64,000 nt of DNA from Tricharina praecox. Lineage: Eukaryota. Positions 47,069 through 60,529 of the stretch are shown here, in pieces. The stretch's first letter is position 1. Each line of letters starts with the position of its first letter. The DNA is taken from assembly GCF_024521635.1 (NCBI RefSeq), contig NW_026250406.1:248001-312000 (forward strand), in the 5' to 3' direction. A program made the position numbers and the translations under genes. The notes under the pieces are model-generated. The model made no database searches. It worked only from the letters and a program-made list of their open reading frames with translations, and was not told where the DNA came from.

Positions 47069-49808
47069 TGAGTTCTTTTCGTTCTGATATCTCGGTATAA
47101 CTGTTCTCGGTGTCGTGGGGAAATGTCTGAAGCTCCAAACTATCTGGTGTCGATGGATCGCAAGTGCGGGGTATGTAGCATGAGTTAGTTGTCACTTTAT
47201 ACGCGACTGGAGAACTCAATATCTACATCCGTCGCCGGTCGCTTCCAGGCAAGCAGGTGGTACTCAAAACTCTACGTATGTGCGTCTCGGGTAACTGAAT
47301 GACTCTTCCCGTCCTCCCAATTCCTGGATTTTTCCGTGAAACGGTGGACGTTGCGCTGATGTAACTACCCTGTACGCCACTGACCGACTGCGTCCCCAGT
47401 GAAGGTCGAGTGCACATCACGAGGTGCGATTATCTTCACGTATCCTCACTCGCCTCGACTCAACTCCTCGAGCAGATGGTATCCGCCCAGCCGAACGCGC
47501 TTTGTTCACGAACACGGTACACTGCGGATGATGCTAGGTCTGGGGTTACATCACTGTTTCGGTCACCGCCGTCGTGATACTCCCTTTGGTACATGATTAC
47601 CACCGAAGAGTCGTCAACTCGAATCACTCGACTACAATCCACATCGCCAGCGTATCGTCCAGTATCACGCTTCGAAAGTTGAATCAAAACAGCTTGCGTA
47701 TCATTGGTCGGTCCTTCCCCCTCACATCTGGACGCAGACAATCTGCGGATTCAAAGATCGCCGAGTGAGTTGTAGTCATGAAATGTCACTCGTATATCCA
47801 ACTACTAACCTGGTCTGTCATCAGTGATTTCTATCAAGGCCACACTCGTCCTCCGGATGGACTGCTTTATGGATTGTATCTCCCTCTTGTGCTCCCTCCA
47901 CCTCCTGGATATCGAGGAGCCGGACCGGTACTCATCCAGTGACCGTCTTGCCGGTGTAGCCAACTTCGCGCACCGCACATGCGTAGTATAGATAGTAGCA
48001 ATACATAACTTTCCCGACTCCCGCGAACACTGATATCTATCATTTATAATACAGTCCTAAGTGGCAAGGGCAATCCCAGGGAAGCAGACGCGGAAGAGCA
48101 GGCAAGGACAAGGCCAATTCCACGAGCATGAGTGCCGCGATACGTGACCAGACCAGACCAGACCAGGAGGAAGGCCGCAAACGCGTTCCGCAAGTCTCTC
48201 GCGCTTTCCAAGTTCGCCGTTATTTACTAAGTAGTACTAGTAATTTGCCACCTCCACGCCGGCGGTGAAGATGGTGGAATCTGGATGCGTTCATCGACCT
48301 CGCGACTCCCGACTCGCAAGTGCAATTCGCCCCCCGCGACGACGCCATCAAGGAGGCGGCCATCATCCACCGATCGCATCGGTCTCCGCTACCAAAGCAA
48401 CACTATTCGTACACTGCCTCGCCGCAAACAGGCGCCACCCCCTCGGGCGCTCCATCGCAAACTCTGACCGCGTCCGGGCCTTTTTTTTTGTTTAACCATC
48501 GAAAAATCCGCTCACGAAACAAATCCCGAGTGATGTCCATGACCCACCGCCCCTAGCCCCGGTGGCTACCGTGCATATCGTAAATAAAAAACACGCAAAC
48601 AACACGGCACATGCACATCCAAATCTCGTGCAAAATATCCAAAATATCTACCATACACATCTCCCATACATATTTTCCACATGTAGTAGTATCTCACCCA
48701 ACCCCTCCTGCAGATCTATCTTGTGTAATTTATTGCACACCCTTCCACACACCTCCCTCCCCCGTCCCTCACACCCTCCCCCGTCCGCCTCCCCAGTCCG
48801 CCCCAACCCCCCCGCCCCCGACCTCCCCAACCACCACCCACCACCGGCTGAAAGCGCCAATGCGCCAATGGAGCATCCCTGCCCACCATCACCGTGACAA
48901 CCCACACGCACGCCCACCCTCCCCCAGCCCACCCCACCGCACCCTCGCCGCACCCCTGATCGAGCAAGAAGAAAACAAACAACCCAAAGCCTGCTAGTGT
49001 GTCACACTCACTCACACGAAACCGACGCGAAAAAAATACATACTCTACATGCAATCTATCTTCTGTCTGCAGGCAGGCAGGCGGGCAGGAAAAGGAGTCG
49101 CAGTAATTTTATCTATAGCACTATATTCGCTAGGTTAAACATCAGCCAATCAACCAGCTAGCCAGCCACCGCAATAATCAATTCCCACCGAATTCCCCAT
49201 GAGAAGTGCCCACCAGTTGGGAACTTGGAAGTCAATGCCAAATATCACCAAACACAAGTCACCATCACGAAGTCGGCGTCGAGGATACCAAATAGATATA
49301 AAAATAATAAGCGGAACAAAAAAGAGACCATTATATTTCCCATCGTGAAAATCATGCAAATCCCCAATGCTCCCGTGCCTCCACCCTCACCCGAGAAGAA
49401 AAGAATTGTTCGAGCCCAAGAAACCAAATCCCCAATCCACTGCCTTCCCCACATCAATCGATCCATTCCGCAAAACACTCATCCCAAAACAAAAACATAC
49501 AAAATGTCATTCCCAGAAAATGAACACTCCAGTTCAATACCTCGACTACCGACGCAGAGACCAATGATGACCACCACCCAAGAGACAACTGATGTCCTGT
49601 CCGAAAGGGAAGAGAGAGAGAAGGTGAATAGATAGATGAAAGAAAGAAAGAAAACGAATTCAGACCTCGAACCCAATCAATCTCTTCTCGCCCCCCCCCA
49701 CCCTAAACTATCCGACCGCCAAAATACGCACACATAAAACAAGACTGAAAAAAAGAAAATCGAACTTCAAAAATACACGGCTACTCCGACCAATAATACA
49801 AAGACGCC

Positions 49809-50402
49809 TTACAACTTGTGTGCAAGGTGAACCACCTTGTAGTCGACGGCGAGCTCCTTGCCGGCATCGGCAACGACGAGGACACGGACGGATCCGGAAC
49901 CACGTCCGAAGGCCTCCTTCAGGCGTCCCCAGAGGTGGCCCTGGTCGACGACCTTGAGTCCCTGCTTGATCTCGCCGGTCTCGGTCATGGCAACGAGCTT
50001 ACCGTCATCGCGGATGTCGATGAGACGGTACTGCTTGAAGACGGGGCCGAGAAGCGAGTGCAGGACGACGGAAGGCGAAGGGTGCGAGACGACACAAGGC
50101 TCCTCGTGAAGCTGCTTGGTGAAGAGATCAACACCGAGGTAACGATGCTGGCCGGTCTGGGCAGAGGTGGTGATGCGGATGATCTGACAAGGCCTGTGCT
50201 GGAGGATCACCAAGTCACCGATGCGGATGTGGTGACAAGGGATGGTGAAGGTGGTGGCCTTGGGCTGGTGCACGGACGAGATGGGGCCGGCAGGCTTGTA
50301 GGAAGGGTACTCCTTTGTCTTGTAGGCGACATCCGAGACCGAGGCACGGTCATCGTAGCTGTTGGCCTGGTTGTCGTAGTCGTAGTTGTCGTACTTGCCC
50401 AT
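49809..50402 (-). CDS. hex-1: Woronin body major protein HEX-1 (AUG-initiated short form, 197 aa); frame open upstream to about 51692
   Basis: MGKYD...TIPCHHIRIGDLVILQHRPCQIIRITTSAQTGQHRYLGVDLFTKQLHEE...GPVFKQYR...MTETGEIKQGL...GSVRVLVV...ELAVDYKVVH (eIF5A-like HEX-1 core). Confidence 0.96.
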   Translation of the reverse strand: MGKYDNYDYDNQANSYDDRASVSDVAYKTKEYPSYKPAGPISSVHQPKATTFTIPCHHIRIGDLVILQHRPCQIIRITTSAQTGQHRYLGVDLFTKQLHEEPCVVSHPSPSVVLHSLLGPVFKQYRLIDIRDDGKLVAMTETGEIKQGLKVVDQGHLWGRLKEAFGRGSGSVRVLVVADAGKELAVDYKVVHLAHKL

Positions 50403-51611
50403 GGTGTCGGTGGTAACTGAAGAAGTGTCTGAAAGGGAGTGGTCTGAGTCTGAGACGACGGAGCGAGTGGCTGTCTTTAAGGACTTGACAGAAGACTTGG
50501 GTCTGATGACAGGGATAACGGTGTGGTGGGTTTCCTTGATGACCTTGGTCTCGGAAACGACGGTGGCTGAAGTAGGGGGGGCGGGAAGGGCCTTGATAGA
50601 GTAGGTCTTGTCGGAATAGGACTTGTCGGAAAGGGACTTGTCGGAATAGGACTTGCCGGAGTAGGACTCGTCCGAGTAGGAGGTGGTTGACTTGTCGGAG
50701 GTGGAAGGGTAGATGGGTTCAACGACACGGGGACGTTGAATGGTGGTGGTGGATACCGAAGAGGACTGGGGTTGGTAGACGGTAGTGTGAGCGGCGGCGG
50801 TGTTCCGGTGGGAGTGATCAAGTTCCGAAGAGGAAGATGAGTGATGCGAGTGATGGGTTGAGTGAGCGGCCTGGTGGTTGTTGTTGTTGTGGTTGTGAGT
50901 GAGGTGAGGGAGGTGGGGGAGGTGCTGCTTTATGGATGAGATCACTGAGTGGGGACCCCGGTGATGTTGGTGGCGCAGGTGGCCGGCCGCTAAGTGGTGC
51001 TTACGCGATTTGGTCTTGTCCGAGGACGAGGATGAGGAGGACGAGGAGGAGGACGAGGAGGACGACGAGGATGAGGAGGACGAGGATGAATCTCCTTCCC
51101 GGTAAACCTTCTTGGTGATCAGGACGTCTACGTGCGAGGTAGGCGCGTGCTGCTGAGGGTGGCGGTGGGGGAGGTGAGGGCGGTGGATGTGCTTCAACGG
51201 ATTGAGCGAGTGATGCTGGTGCTGCTGGTGCTGGTGCTGCTGGTGCTGCTGGTGCTGCTGGTGCTGGTGAACCTGCTGGTGCTGGACAAGCTGCTGCTGG
51301 TGCTGGAGATGCTGGTGCTGGAGCTGGTGCTGCTGGTGCTGGAGATGTTGATGCTGCTGATGCTGCTGGTGACCGAGGTCGGCCTGGTGGGCGGTAGTGG
51401 TATGGGTTACGTGTTCTTCCGTGATTTGGAGATGGTTCTGATTTCCGTGACCTTCCTGCTCTTGCTCGTACAGCGAGGAGGAGGAGGAAGACGCGGGCTT
51501 GTGGTGAACCTCAGAGATTGTCTCCTCGTGTATGGATGTAATGCCTTCCTGGCGACTGTATGACGAGGGGAAGACACTTAGGGGGATCGGGACTCGGGCT
51601 TCGAAGTCCAG
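50403..51611 (-). CDS. hex-1: Putative CUG-initiated N-terminal extension of HEX-1 (His/Gln/Ser-rich; 600-aa long isoform)
   Basis: In frame with no stops. Begins aatCTGg = (L/M)DFEARVPIPLSVFPSSY. No minus-strand ATG in any frame from 50403 to 52194. Confidence 0.65.
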
Positions 51612-52437
51612 ATTGCCAGCGGGAATGATTCTCCGGAAAATTCTTGTCGTCCGAACACAGAGTGTAGGATGACAAGAACGGGAGAATCCTTCTTACTAAC
51701 TGAAGGAGGTTATGGGGAGTGGGGAAGGATGTGTAAAGACACGTAAGTGGATGGTTGAAGCGGGTTCTGGGAGTGATGATGGAGAGAGAATGGGAATGAT
51801 GCGGGAGACGAAAGGCGAAAAGAAGGAGCAAGAAGTAGGCGAGCGGAAGTAGCTGGCTGGGCGGGACTTTTTTTTCGACCGGTTACGTGTGTGGGGGACG
51901 GGGGGAGGGGACAAAGTTGGTAGTATCTGGCAGCACTTTCGGGTTGGGAGGGGGGGGGTCGGGTGAGTGAGTGCGTGAGTGCGTGAGCGAGTGAGTGAGT
52001 GAGATCGAAGGCGGAGGGATTGGGTTGGAGACACTGGCGAGCCAATTGGGGGAGGGGGAGGGGTGGTGGAAACGAATGGGGACGGGAGGCAAGTGAGGAA
52101 CTGGGGGGGTGGAGGGCGGGGCCAATTGCGAGTGGCGCGTGGAATTGATGCTGATGTCTGGTTAACCGGGCAATGCGGGTGAGCAGAGTACCGGCATTGG
52201 GGGGAGTGCGCAAGGCTCTGGGGGCCAATAATGCAGACCGAGGGAGGTGGCTGGCCGAAACAAAACAAGTTCCCTCTTGCGGACCGCCCACCAACAATCG
52301 TAAACAAAGCGCACGGCCGCACCACCACGCCGTACTCGTTCTCTCACTCACAGCTCGCGACTTCTCCACTCACCTCCGTCCACATCACCCACATCGCCGC
52401 CGAAAATTATTAGCTGGGTAGCTGGATAGCTGCGAGG

Positions 52438-52480
<43 letters not shown>
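52438..52480 (+). repeat. (TG)n microsatellite upstream of hex-1
   Basis: Direct inspection. Confidence 0.9.
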
Positions 52481-52482
<2 letters not shown>

Positions 52483-55400
52483 GGAAGCGATTCACTAGGC
52501 CTACTCGCCGTTCCGGCCCTCCCTCCACCACCGTCCAGCCTCCCACATTCTGGTCTGGGGTTAGTCCGATCACCAATCCCGCTCGTGGATGACGACCATT
52601 CGCCTGTCCGGTGTGGATGGCTGGGGAGCTAAACACATCTCACAGGCCAGGTTGCGTCGGACTATCCCCCAGTGCAGTTCTCTCGGAGGTCTGTCCCACC
52701 GTTGGGAACTGTCTGTCGCACTCCTGAGTCCTTCCCGCCCGCCCAGCCCCCCCCCATCCTTCTCTCCCCCGTTTCCTCTCCACCCCTCAGACCAGCAAAT
52801 CTCACGTCCGAGCTGGACTGCAGCTTCCGAAACGCCAGCTGCAACCTGATACCCAGCACGGTCGCTTCCCGTAGCTCAATCGCCCTCAGTCGAATCGAAT
52901 TGACGAGATTGTCCATATATTTAGCTCGCCCCATCAGCTCGCACTGTCGCACATCGTCAGCTGCCGCCCAACTTGCTGCTGCTGTCTCGTTTTCCCTCCC
53001 TCCCTCCCTTCCCCCAGCCTTCTCGCAACCGCGGCGCCCGCGCTGTCGGCAGGATCTCCCTAGCCCGATAGATATCGATCGCGAAAGAACGAGCGAGTGA
53101 GCGAGCGGCTTTTGTTTTTGCTTTTTTGGCCCCCGGACTAACCAACCAACTAATGCACTTGCGCTTTCCACCAGGGATCGCGGGAGATTGCAGTCGAAAA
53201 ATGGGGGGGGCCCCACACGATTGTGGCAGGTGGACACACTTGCGGAATAGTTAGCTCGATCTCCATCGTCGCCAGTGCTTGCCTGTCCGTTCCATCCCAA
53301 CCAAAGAAAACGCGTGAAAGGATGGGAAACGAAATAAAAAATGAAAATAAAACAGAAAATAGGAAAGAGAAGGGAAAAAAAGAATGGAAAAAGGAAAAAA
53401 GGAAAGAACAAAAAGTCGCTCGCTGGGACCGAACGTCGCATAGGCCTGCACACTGGCGTCGAACTTCAGCTGGGTCGGTCACTTTTGTCGTATGAATCCC
53501 GAATTGCCAGCCAACTAACGAACACCCCCCAACCATGGGATACGTGCTGTCCGTATGGTTGACCGCGGTGCTGTTCGTATGGTATGAAGTACCGGTCGCT
53601 CCTCCCGCACGCAGCCTGGCAGCAGGAAGCAGGAAAAGAAACCCTCCGATCATAAGCCAGAATGCTTCCTTCCTTCCGTTCCGGCCGTATCTGCCCGTCC
53701 TGATGCAAATGCAAAATTGATGCAAATATGCAAATGCAAATCCCAAAATCACAGAAACGAATGGACTTGGATGCGAGCACATATGTATTTCCGGATATAT
53801 AATCGTGGAATAACGGCACGGCGAATGAAACGGAAACGAGTATGTATCGTAAGAGCTACTACTCTGGGTAGTACTCTACCCACCACCTGGCACCGCCTGG
53901 AGACTGATTCGCTCTGCATATTCCTCCAGATAACTGCAACTGCAGTCAATCGAGCTGTTTCGGAAAAAGCAGATCGTGCGTTTGTTGTTTGCTCTCCCAT
54001 GCTCGCCTCAGCGCCGAGCGGACTGAGCGAGCGGTCGAAGGAAGGAAGGAAGGGAAGGGTTCATGCAGCATGTGCTTGCTTATGCCCCTCCCTCCTCAAC
54101 CTCAACCCACTTCCAAGATGTTCCCCCTGCCTCGCCGCCGTCCGATGCGTCCGCTTCGGGGAAGGAGGAAACGTGTTCTTGTTTATTTTTGTTTTATATA
54201 CGAGCGTCAAGTACCGTAGCAGGAGTAAGGTATGTTGCATCTTTATTTCAATTTCTGTGGGGCTTGATGAGTTGGCGGGTGGCGAATCACAAGTAGTTGG
54301 CATGTGAGTGCTGGTTGGTGGTGATTGTGGAGGAGCTCAATGCAAGGCGGACGGACGGACGGACGGCGCGAAACGATACGGTAGGTAGCTCCATATCGAT
54401 CGTGCCGCGCGACATTCCTGGCTGTCGGCCGCCGGGCTGTCACCGCCGGAGGGGGCTGGCCATCCAACGCCATGACCGCGATCCGCCGCCGTTGGGCAAT
54501 TGCCTCGGCCGTGGTCGTGGAACTCGCGAGTCTTCCATGCGGGGGCCGCACGCGTTGACATTCCTCATGTCGTCTCGTTCATTCTCCTGATCTTTGGCGA
54601 AGGAAGGCTGGTGATCCGAGAGTTGCGTGGCTGCGAGCTGAAAGTGCTCTATGTACCTCTAGCATGGATCCAAGTCAGGAGGTTAGCTGTATGTACTCTA
54701 GAGTTAGGTACTCTCCACTTTTCTTACCTCTACATGCCTAGCTCACACATCGACGATATCATGCGGTCAACTGCGATCTTGATTGATTGATTGATCTACC
54801 AGCTGTGGGCACTGGGGCCCTGTGTATGTAGCCGAGAAAGATCCAGATTCGACGTCCTTTTCTTTCCTTCCCTGGCGTTGTTGCGGCTTTGCAGCTCCTT
54901 GCGCCCCTTGGCCTGGCCTGGGAAAGGAGACGTGAATCGTGATTACCCCGTCGGTCAACACCGTGTCGAATCGTCACGAACCAGCCTAGGTACGGTACTA
55001 GAGTAGTACTCTACATACGGCGACGTATCTCCAATGCTATGTAATGTTTGCCTCGATGCCGGTACCTCTCAATCGATGGTTGGTGGACGGCAAGTAGAGT
55101 AGAGTATCGATGACCGAAAGTAAAGTCCCGTTTGTACTGTACGTAGACACGGTCAATTCTTCCACGTTTGCTCTCGGGGAACGCAAAGATCAACCAACAC
55201 CTATGGTATTCTAAAAGTAGCAGGTACCAACTCCCCCCGTTTGTCAGTTTGTCCGTAACGTTTGTGGTGGAGGGGGAAAATACGATGGAAACCGCGAATA
55301 AAAACAACTCACGATGACACCTTACATAGAGTACATATAAAAGAGTCGACGGACGGCTCGCTCGGGTACCTGGCAGGCATTGCCGCATTGGCATGGGCAT

Positions 55401-56957
55401 GTGGATGGTTCGCGACCAAGTGCTTTGCGATGGATGCTCATCTACATTCGCTCGCTCGCTGGTGCAGTCGCAAAGCCATATTTTTTCCCCTCCAGTCGGA
55501 CCGGTTCATTCGTTGTTGTAGAAATGCGAGTGACATGCTATGCACACTCCATAGTACCGGCGGAAGAGGAAAAAGAAATAAATATGGTTTCTAGAGTTAT
55601 CGTGAGTTGGCAAGCTGCGTGCGTGCATGCCTGCCGTATGTACTGCTGCTGCGCGCGGGGTGCTGCAGGTACACGGGCGCCGGGGACGGGCGATGTGTAC
55701 GTACATACCGGTACGGACATGGCGAGGGGAGAAGAAGGAATATCTATTCGATGACACCTGCAAGCCCACCCATTCGTGTGGCTTCCGGCGGGCTTCGACG
55801 GTGCGATCCAACTTCTAACTTCCAACCTTCAACCTCCAACCCCCAACCTCCAATGTGCTTCCCGAGCTTTCGAGAAGGGAAGAGAAGGAAACCTAGGTAC
55901 TCCAACTATCTGCCCACCTAGATTAGGTATCTGCCCTGTGAAAACCTGTATCAATGGCCATATAGAGTACCTATCGGGGGGTGAGGAGGGAGGAGGGGGA
56001 GGGAGGGGGGTCTAGCCAGCTCCATCCCGAGCCAGTGTCAACCACCACGGGAGTACTAGTAGCTCCGTGCCTAGACCCGCCGCCGCCGCAGCTACTCGCT
56101 GCTGGCTCACCATCACCATCGCCATTGTTTGCGCTGGTGTTCACAGTCCATCACTCGAATATTCGGAATTTCTGCTGGCTACCTCGATCCGGAATAGCCT
56201 GCAGAAATATTGGGAGCTTGAGAGGAATACAACACACCGAGCGGACGGGAGGGAAGGGGAGGGGACAGGAGGGGTGCCGCGGTACGGTAAAGATAGGGAG
56301 ATACCTAGGAGATGGGTGCTTCTCTGAGTTGTCACATCGCACGCTATGTGTATCATATGTTCCTCAGGCTCGACGGTTCAACGGTTCGGTGGTTCGACGG
56401 ACTCGACGGCGGCATCCGCGTGGGGCGACGGTAGCAAACGTTTCTTTGCACAAGCAAGCACGCAAGCAAGCACCCCAATCGCAGGTAGCGTCACTCTACC
56501 CCGCAGATATCCACCCCACACCTCACACCCCACAGGCTACCGTACATATCAATATCAACAGAGTGCTGCGAGCCGCTTCCGGCCGCCGATATATACCGGT
56601 GCTCGCGGCCGGTGCGTGCTCGGCCGTTGCTCGACTGCTCCTGCTCCGGTGAGCGGGCCACGGGGGCCAGCACGGCGCGGTGGTTGCGCTGCCACTCGAG
56701 CGATCCCGGGTCCGTGACGGGGTGGCAGGTTCGGTCTGGGTCGGCCGATACGACGGGTACTGAGTGTCCGGACGGACGTTCCGCTCTCGGGTAAGAAGTC
56801 GTCGTATGGTGTGGTGATCCCGGGTCCCGTATTGAACAATGAAGACTGCAGCTGCAGGACGTTTTGGTTTGACGGCGGATGGCGGCGGGTGTCAGGTGCA
56901 CGGTCAAGCTGCTGTTGATGTTCATAGGTACCCATTATTGAACAAATGCAGAGTCCA

Positions 56958-57238
56958 CCGGCAAAGGGAACGGTGAAATGAAGAAGGAATGATGGAGAAG
57001 TTGAGGTTCTATTCAACTTCGGAGTGACGTAGCTGGGGGGGGGAGGGGTGACGGCAAACATGAAGGATGATGGGGAAGTTGAGGTTCTCTTCAACCCCGA
57101 AGAGCCATCTTGTGGCTCCCCTCCGCTGCCTACAACGTTTGGTACCACCCGATCCGGCTAGTCCGGCTATCACCACCATCCGAATCCACCGATCGGGCTA
57201 GCCACTCCTCCTATCTTATCTGATCCTTTATATCCTAC
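56958..57238 (-). mobile_element. Dispersed repeat, copy 2 (solo-LTR-like), inverted relative to 12503-12772
   Basis: The reverse complement gives GTAGGATA...GGATCAGATAAGATA...TGGTGGTGATAGCC...CTAGCC.GATCGGGTGG...ACCTCAACTTCCCCATCATCCTTCAT...GTCACTCCGAAGTTGAATAGAACCTCAACTTCTCCATCAT...TTCCCTTTGCCGG. Confidence 0.6.
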
Positions 57239-60200
57239 GTATCGCTCCTCTCATAGTGATGGCAGACAACAAGCATCTAGTGCAAGTACTTCGGCCGCTT
57301 GTTCTGCGTCGGAAATCAGGCAAGCGGCCCAGCTCAAGGCATAAAAGATCACTCGGTGGAATATCTCACGGCTCGTATCGGGATCGGCGGGTCGACTGGA
57401 GTACCGTGCGTCAGCAGAGTTTAACGGCAGTGTTTTAAACATAGTCTAAAGGCCTCGAGACTTACCTTACATCAGTGTATATAAGGTACGGGGTATGTAC
57501 CTCCCGATAGATTTAGATTTCTGGTCTGATGTTGGTGTGAAGTTCTTTTACAGGAAGAAACGCCAGATTTTGTATGGAAATCATGCTCGAGTGCACCAAA
57601 CTCTCACGAGTGCTCAGTGGCGACTGATTTTCACTCTAAAGTTAAATCTAGTGGCCACATGTACTCGGTTGGAGCATGAATTTAAAAGTTCGGAGAACTT
57701 TTCGGACCGGGAACTCAGCTACCTACCTATTCAACTACCATCGGAAATACGGGCCGTCGATCCAGACTCCACCAGCAGATAGACTGCCCTAGAATATGTT
57801 TGGCCAACCACCGGTAGTGATCGGTCCTCGTGGTGGAAAGGATCGGGTGTATACTAGTCATCGCTGGGTGGTGAAGTTGCATTTTTGAATTTTTGAGAGT
57901 TGTCAGACTTTCAATGCTGTTTTCTTGGTGGGGCCGGCGATTGCCATGTAGAACATTAATCTTCCCAGGTGCAGAGCTAAATGATCACCGTGCCTTTCTT
58001 GGCAACAGGAACAGTACCTGCTGTCTCGGCTCGTGCGGCGGAGGTGGCCGACCCGGGCCTGGACTCTGATCCGGTACCTACACATCCAGAGCCTCGTTAC
58101 CATACACTCCAGCATCTTTTGGGTGGTAGAAGCGGAGAAGCACTGGAAGAACGATATGTATCATACTTTTCCGATCGTCAGCAAAGTGCACCGAGTGGAT
58201 AGTCGAGTGATCCTCGGTGGAGGGGTAACTCAAGGTCACGTCGGGTTTGGGATCGGCGTAGCGGGAATATCCAGATGTGGTATGTACTAGTACAGACGGG
58301 TAAGCGTGTCTTCGAGTGGGAGATTTACTTTGTCGGTTGGAAGGGGGTGGTCGAGGGATTGGTGATGTCGATGTTGCGCTCACTGCAAAGAGGTTATGCT
58401 CTACTGGAGTGGACTGTGGATATCGAAGGTTAGTCATGAAGACGACGGTCGTGACTCATTGTGAACTCAGAATTGCCTATGAAAAGCAAGTGTCCCTCGA
58501 TTCTAATTACAGCGTTTCGCCGCCCGCCACGTCCCATGCCGGACAGGAACGTTCCCCGCACTCAATAGTCTCAAAACCTTCCGAAGGCAGAGTATATACC
58601 AAATAGTCAAGACCACAAAGACACGGAAGCTTCCGGTAAGCCAGACCGTTACAACTTGTATGGCAAGAGCTCGTGGCCTACGGCGGGAGAGGTCCTGATG
58701 CACCCACTTGGAGACAGGATGGATATGTACGAGATAGCAGTGGAGGATAGAGGGACCGGTGCGTGTGGTAGAACTTGCCATTATGCAGGGAAACCCTTCC
58801 TCCCTCCGCTTCTTCATACCAGGGTACATGGCACGTAAAATCAAGCTCTGGTACGTGCGTCCTCGCTACCACCACCACCACCACCCCCTCAGGCGATCGA
58901 TCCGAGATCTTACATTGAAACGAGAAAGTGCCACAGGGAAGTGTCAGGATTAGGTACCTCAAGAGGCGATATCGGAACCAGCTCAGGGGTTTCTGCCGGG
59001 AACGCCAACACCAGGCCGCGACTCACGGGGGTTGGGGGTTGGGAGTTGGAGAATACGGTTTCGGTTCATGGTTTCTGCGGGAACAGCCGGGATATGCCTG
59101 GAAGTTACGGGCCGAAAGAATACGGAATCGGCATGGACTTATGAACTTTGAAGTAGGTAGGAACTTACCTCGTATATGTCGATAGCTGTGCACGAGCGTA
59201 GACCGGTGATTACGTCCTGATACTCGTGCCAGTATGTGGGGAGAACAAATCCGATATCTGCAGTCTGAATATGGCGCTGTTCTAGTACATTCGTTAGAAT
59301 CGCCACCGCGGAAAATGATTAGGCAATATCAGAATTTCAGAAAGTCCCTACGAGGCCCAAAGATCTTCCAGGGGAACTCTGTGGAGAACCTTTGTACGGA
59401 GAGTCCTAGGCTATTGTCAAGATTATCGTTGAATAGTCGACAGGGGTAGTGCTGTAGATCGTGAGGTGTTTTCTTGTGTATGTACAAGAGTCTGTAAAGC
59501 TTGTGAATTTCTAGCAGAATCGAAACATCGTCTAGCACATCATCTAGTAAATTCTCCGACGATCGTAATGCAGTTCAAGCTTTTCATTTCAGTCTAGTCA
59601 TCGTGGGTGCGCACTTCCATAGGGTGGTTGTAGTACTATACACGTGATCATGAGTGCGCACTCGAGGGTATATCGTGACCACCGTAAATGGGTGTTCTCG
59701 AATGCGAGGGACAAGAAAAACAAGCCTCCCCCTTTGCACATTAAGTTCCCGCTTACCATGCACCACATTGGATCATCAGTTCTTGCCTTCGCAGTTTACG
59801 GGTCAGTCCACCGGTTCACAACTAGTCAACGAGACGCCCACTTCGTGGTGGTCCGGTCTGAGTCTGACACGTCGTGCATAATCGCAGACGGTGGCGGAAA
59901 GGGTTGCGATGGGTGGAAACACTTAAGTCAGTATCATAATACGATGCATAGTTTATGTATGTACATAAGGTGAATACGGTACATAACTGGGGGGAAGAGT
60001 CGAGTAAAAAAAGTCTGTCTAAGTATGCTCTTCCGTGGTTCGTCGAAGTGTCCGACTACTCCTCCCGTTGTATATACGATGTAAGACTTCGGCTGGTCCT
60101 AGGTGTCGCCGAGACGTCGTCTCATGCTGCGATAGTTAGCTTTCCCTCCTAAACTGCATGATACATACACGAGACAATCACGCTTAGGGGACGAGCCGAG

Positions 60201-60529
60201 TTTACTGTATATAAGCGAGAAACTCTAGTCATAACAAAGTTTTTATGAACAGAGCTTCCCCAAGTGAAAATTATCCACGATTCATTCCGCCCGGAGATGT
60301 ATAAACCTGGAAGATGTGCCCACACAGACCAGCTCATACAATTCATTCCTGCTCTTGAAATCTCTCCGTCCAGAAGACTTACCAGAGTACTCTTACGCAC
60401 CGTTTCGCAATCCTCTTTTTCCAAGTTCCTACTGCCACCGCAACCCATTTTCTAACAATGAATACACATATGTCCTCCCGCACGTCCTTCTGCATGTCCT
60501 TGGGCTTGAACCCGTATTAACAATACCTA

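Noticed and set aside
51195..51197. TTG start given by the ORF track for hex-1
   Set aside because: Poor context (ccgTTGa), and the frame continues upstream through the conserved-looking LDFEARVPIP motif.
58033..58290. LIRYL...HWKNDMYHTFPIVSKVHR as a second hAT dimerisation remnant
   Set aside because: The resemblance is weak and the diagnostic S..ER.FS motif is missing.
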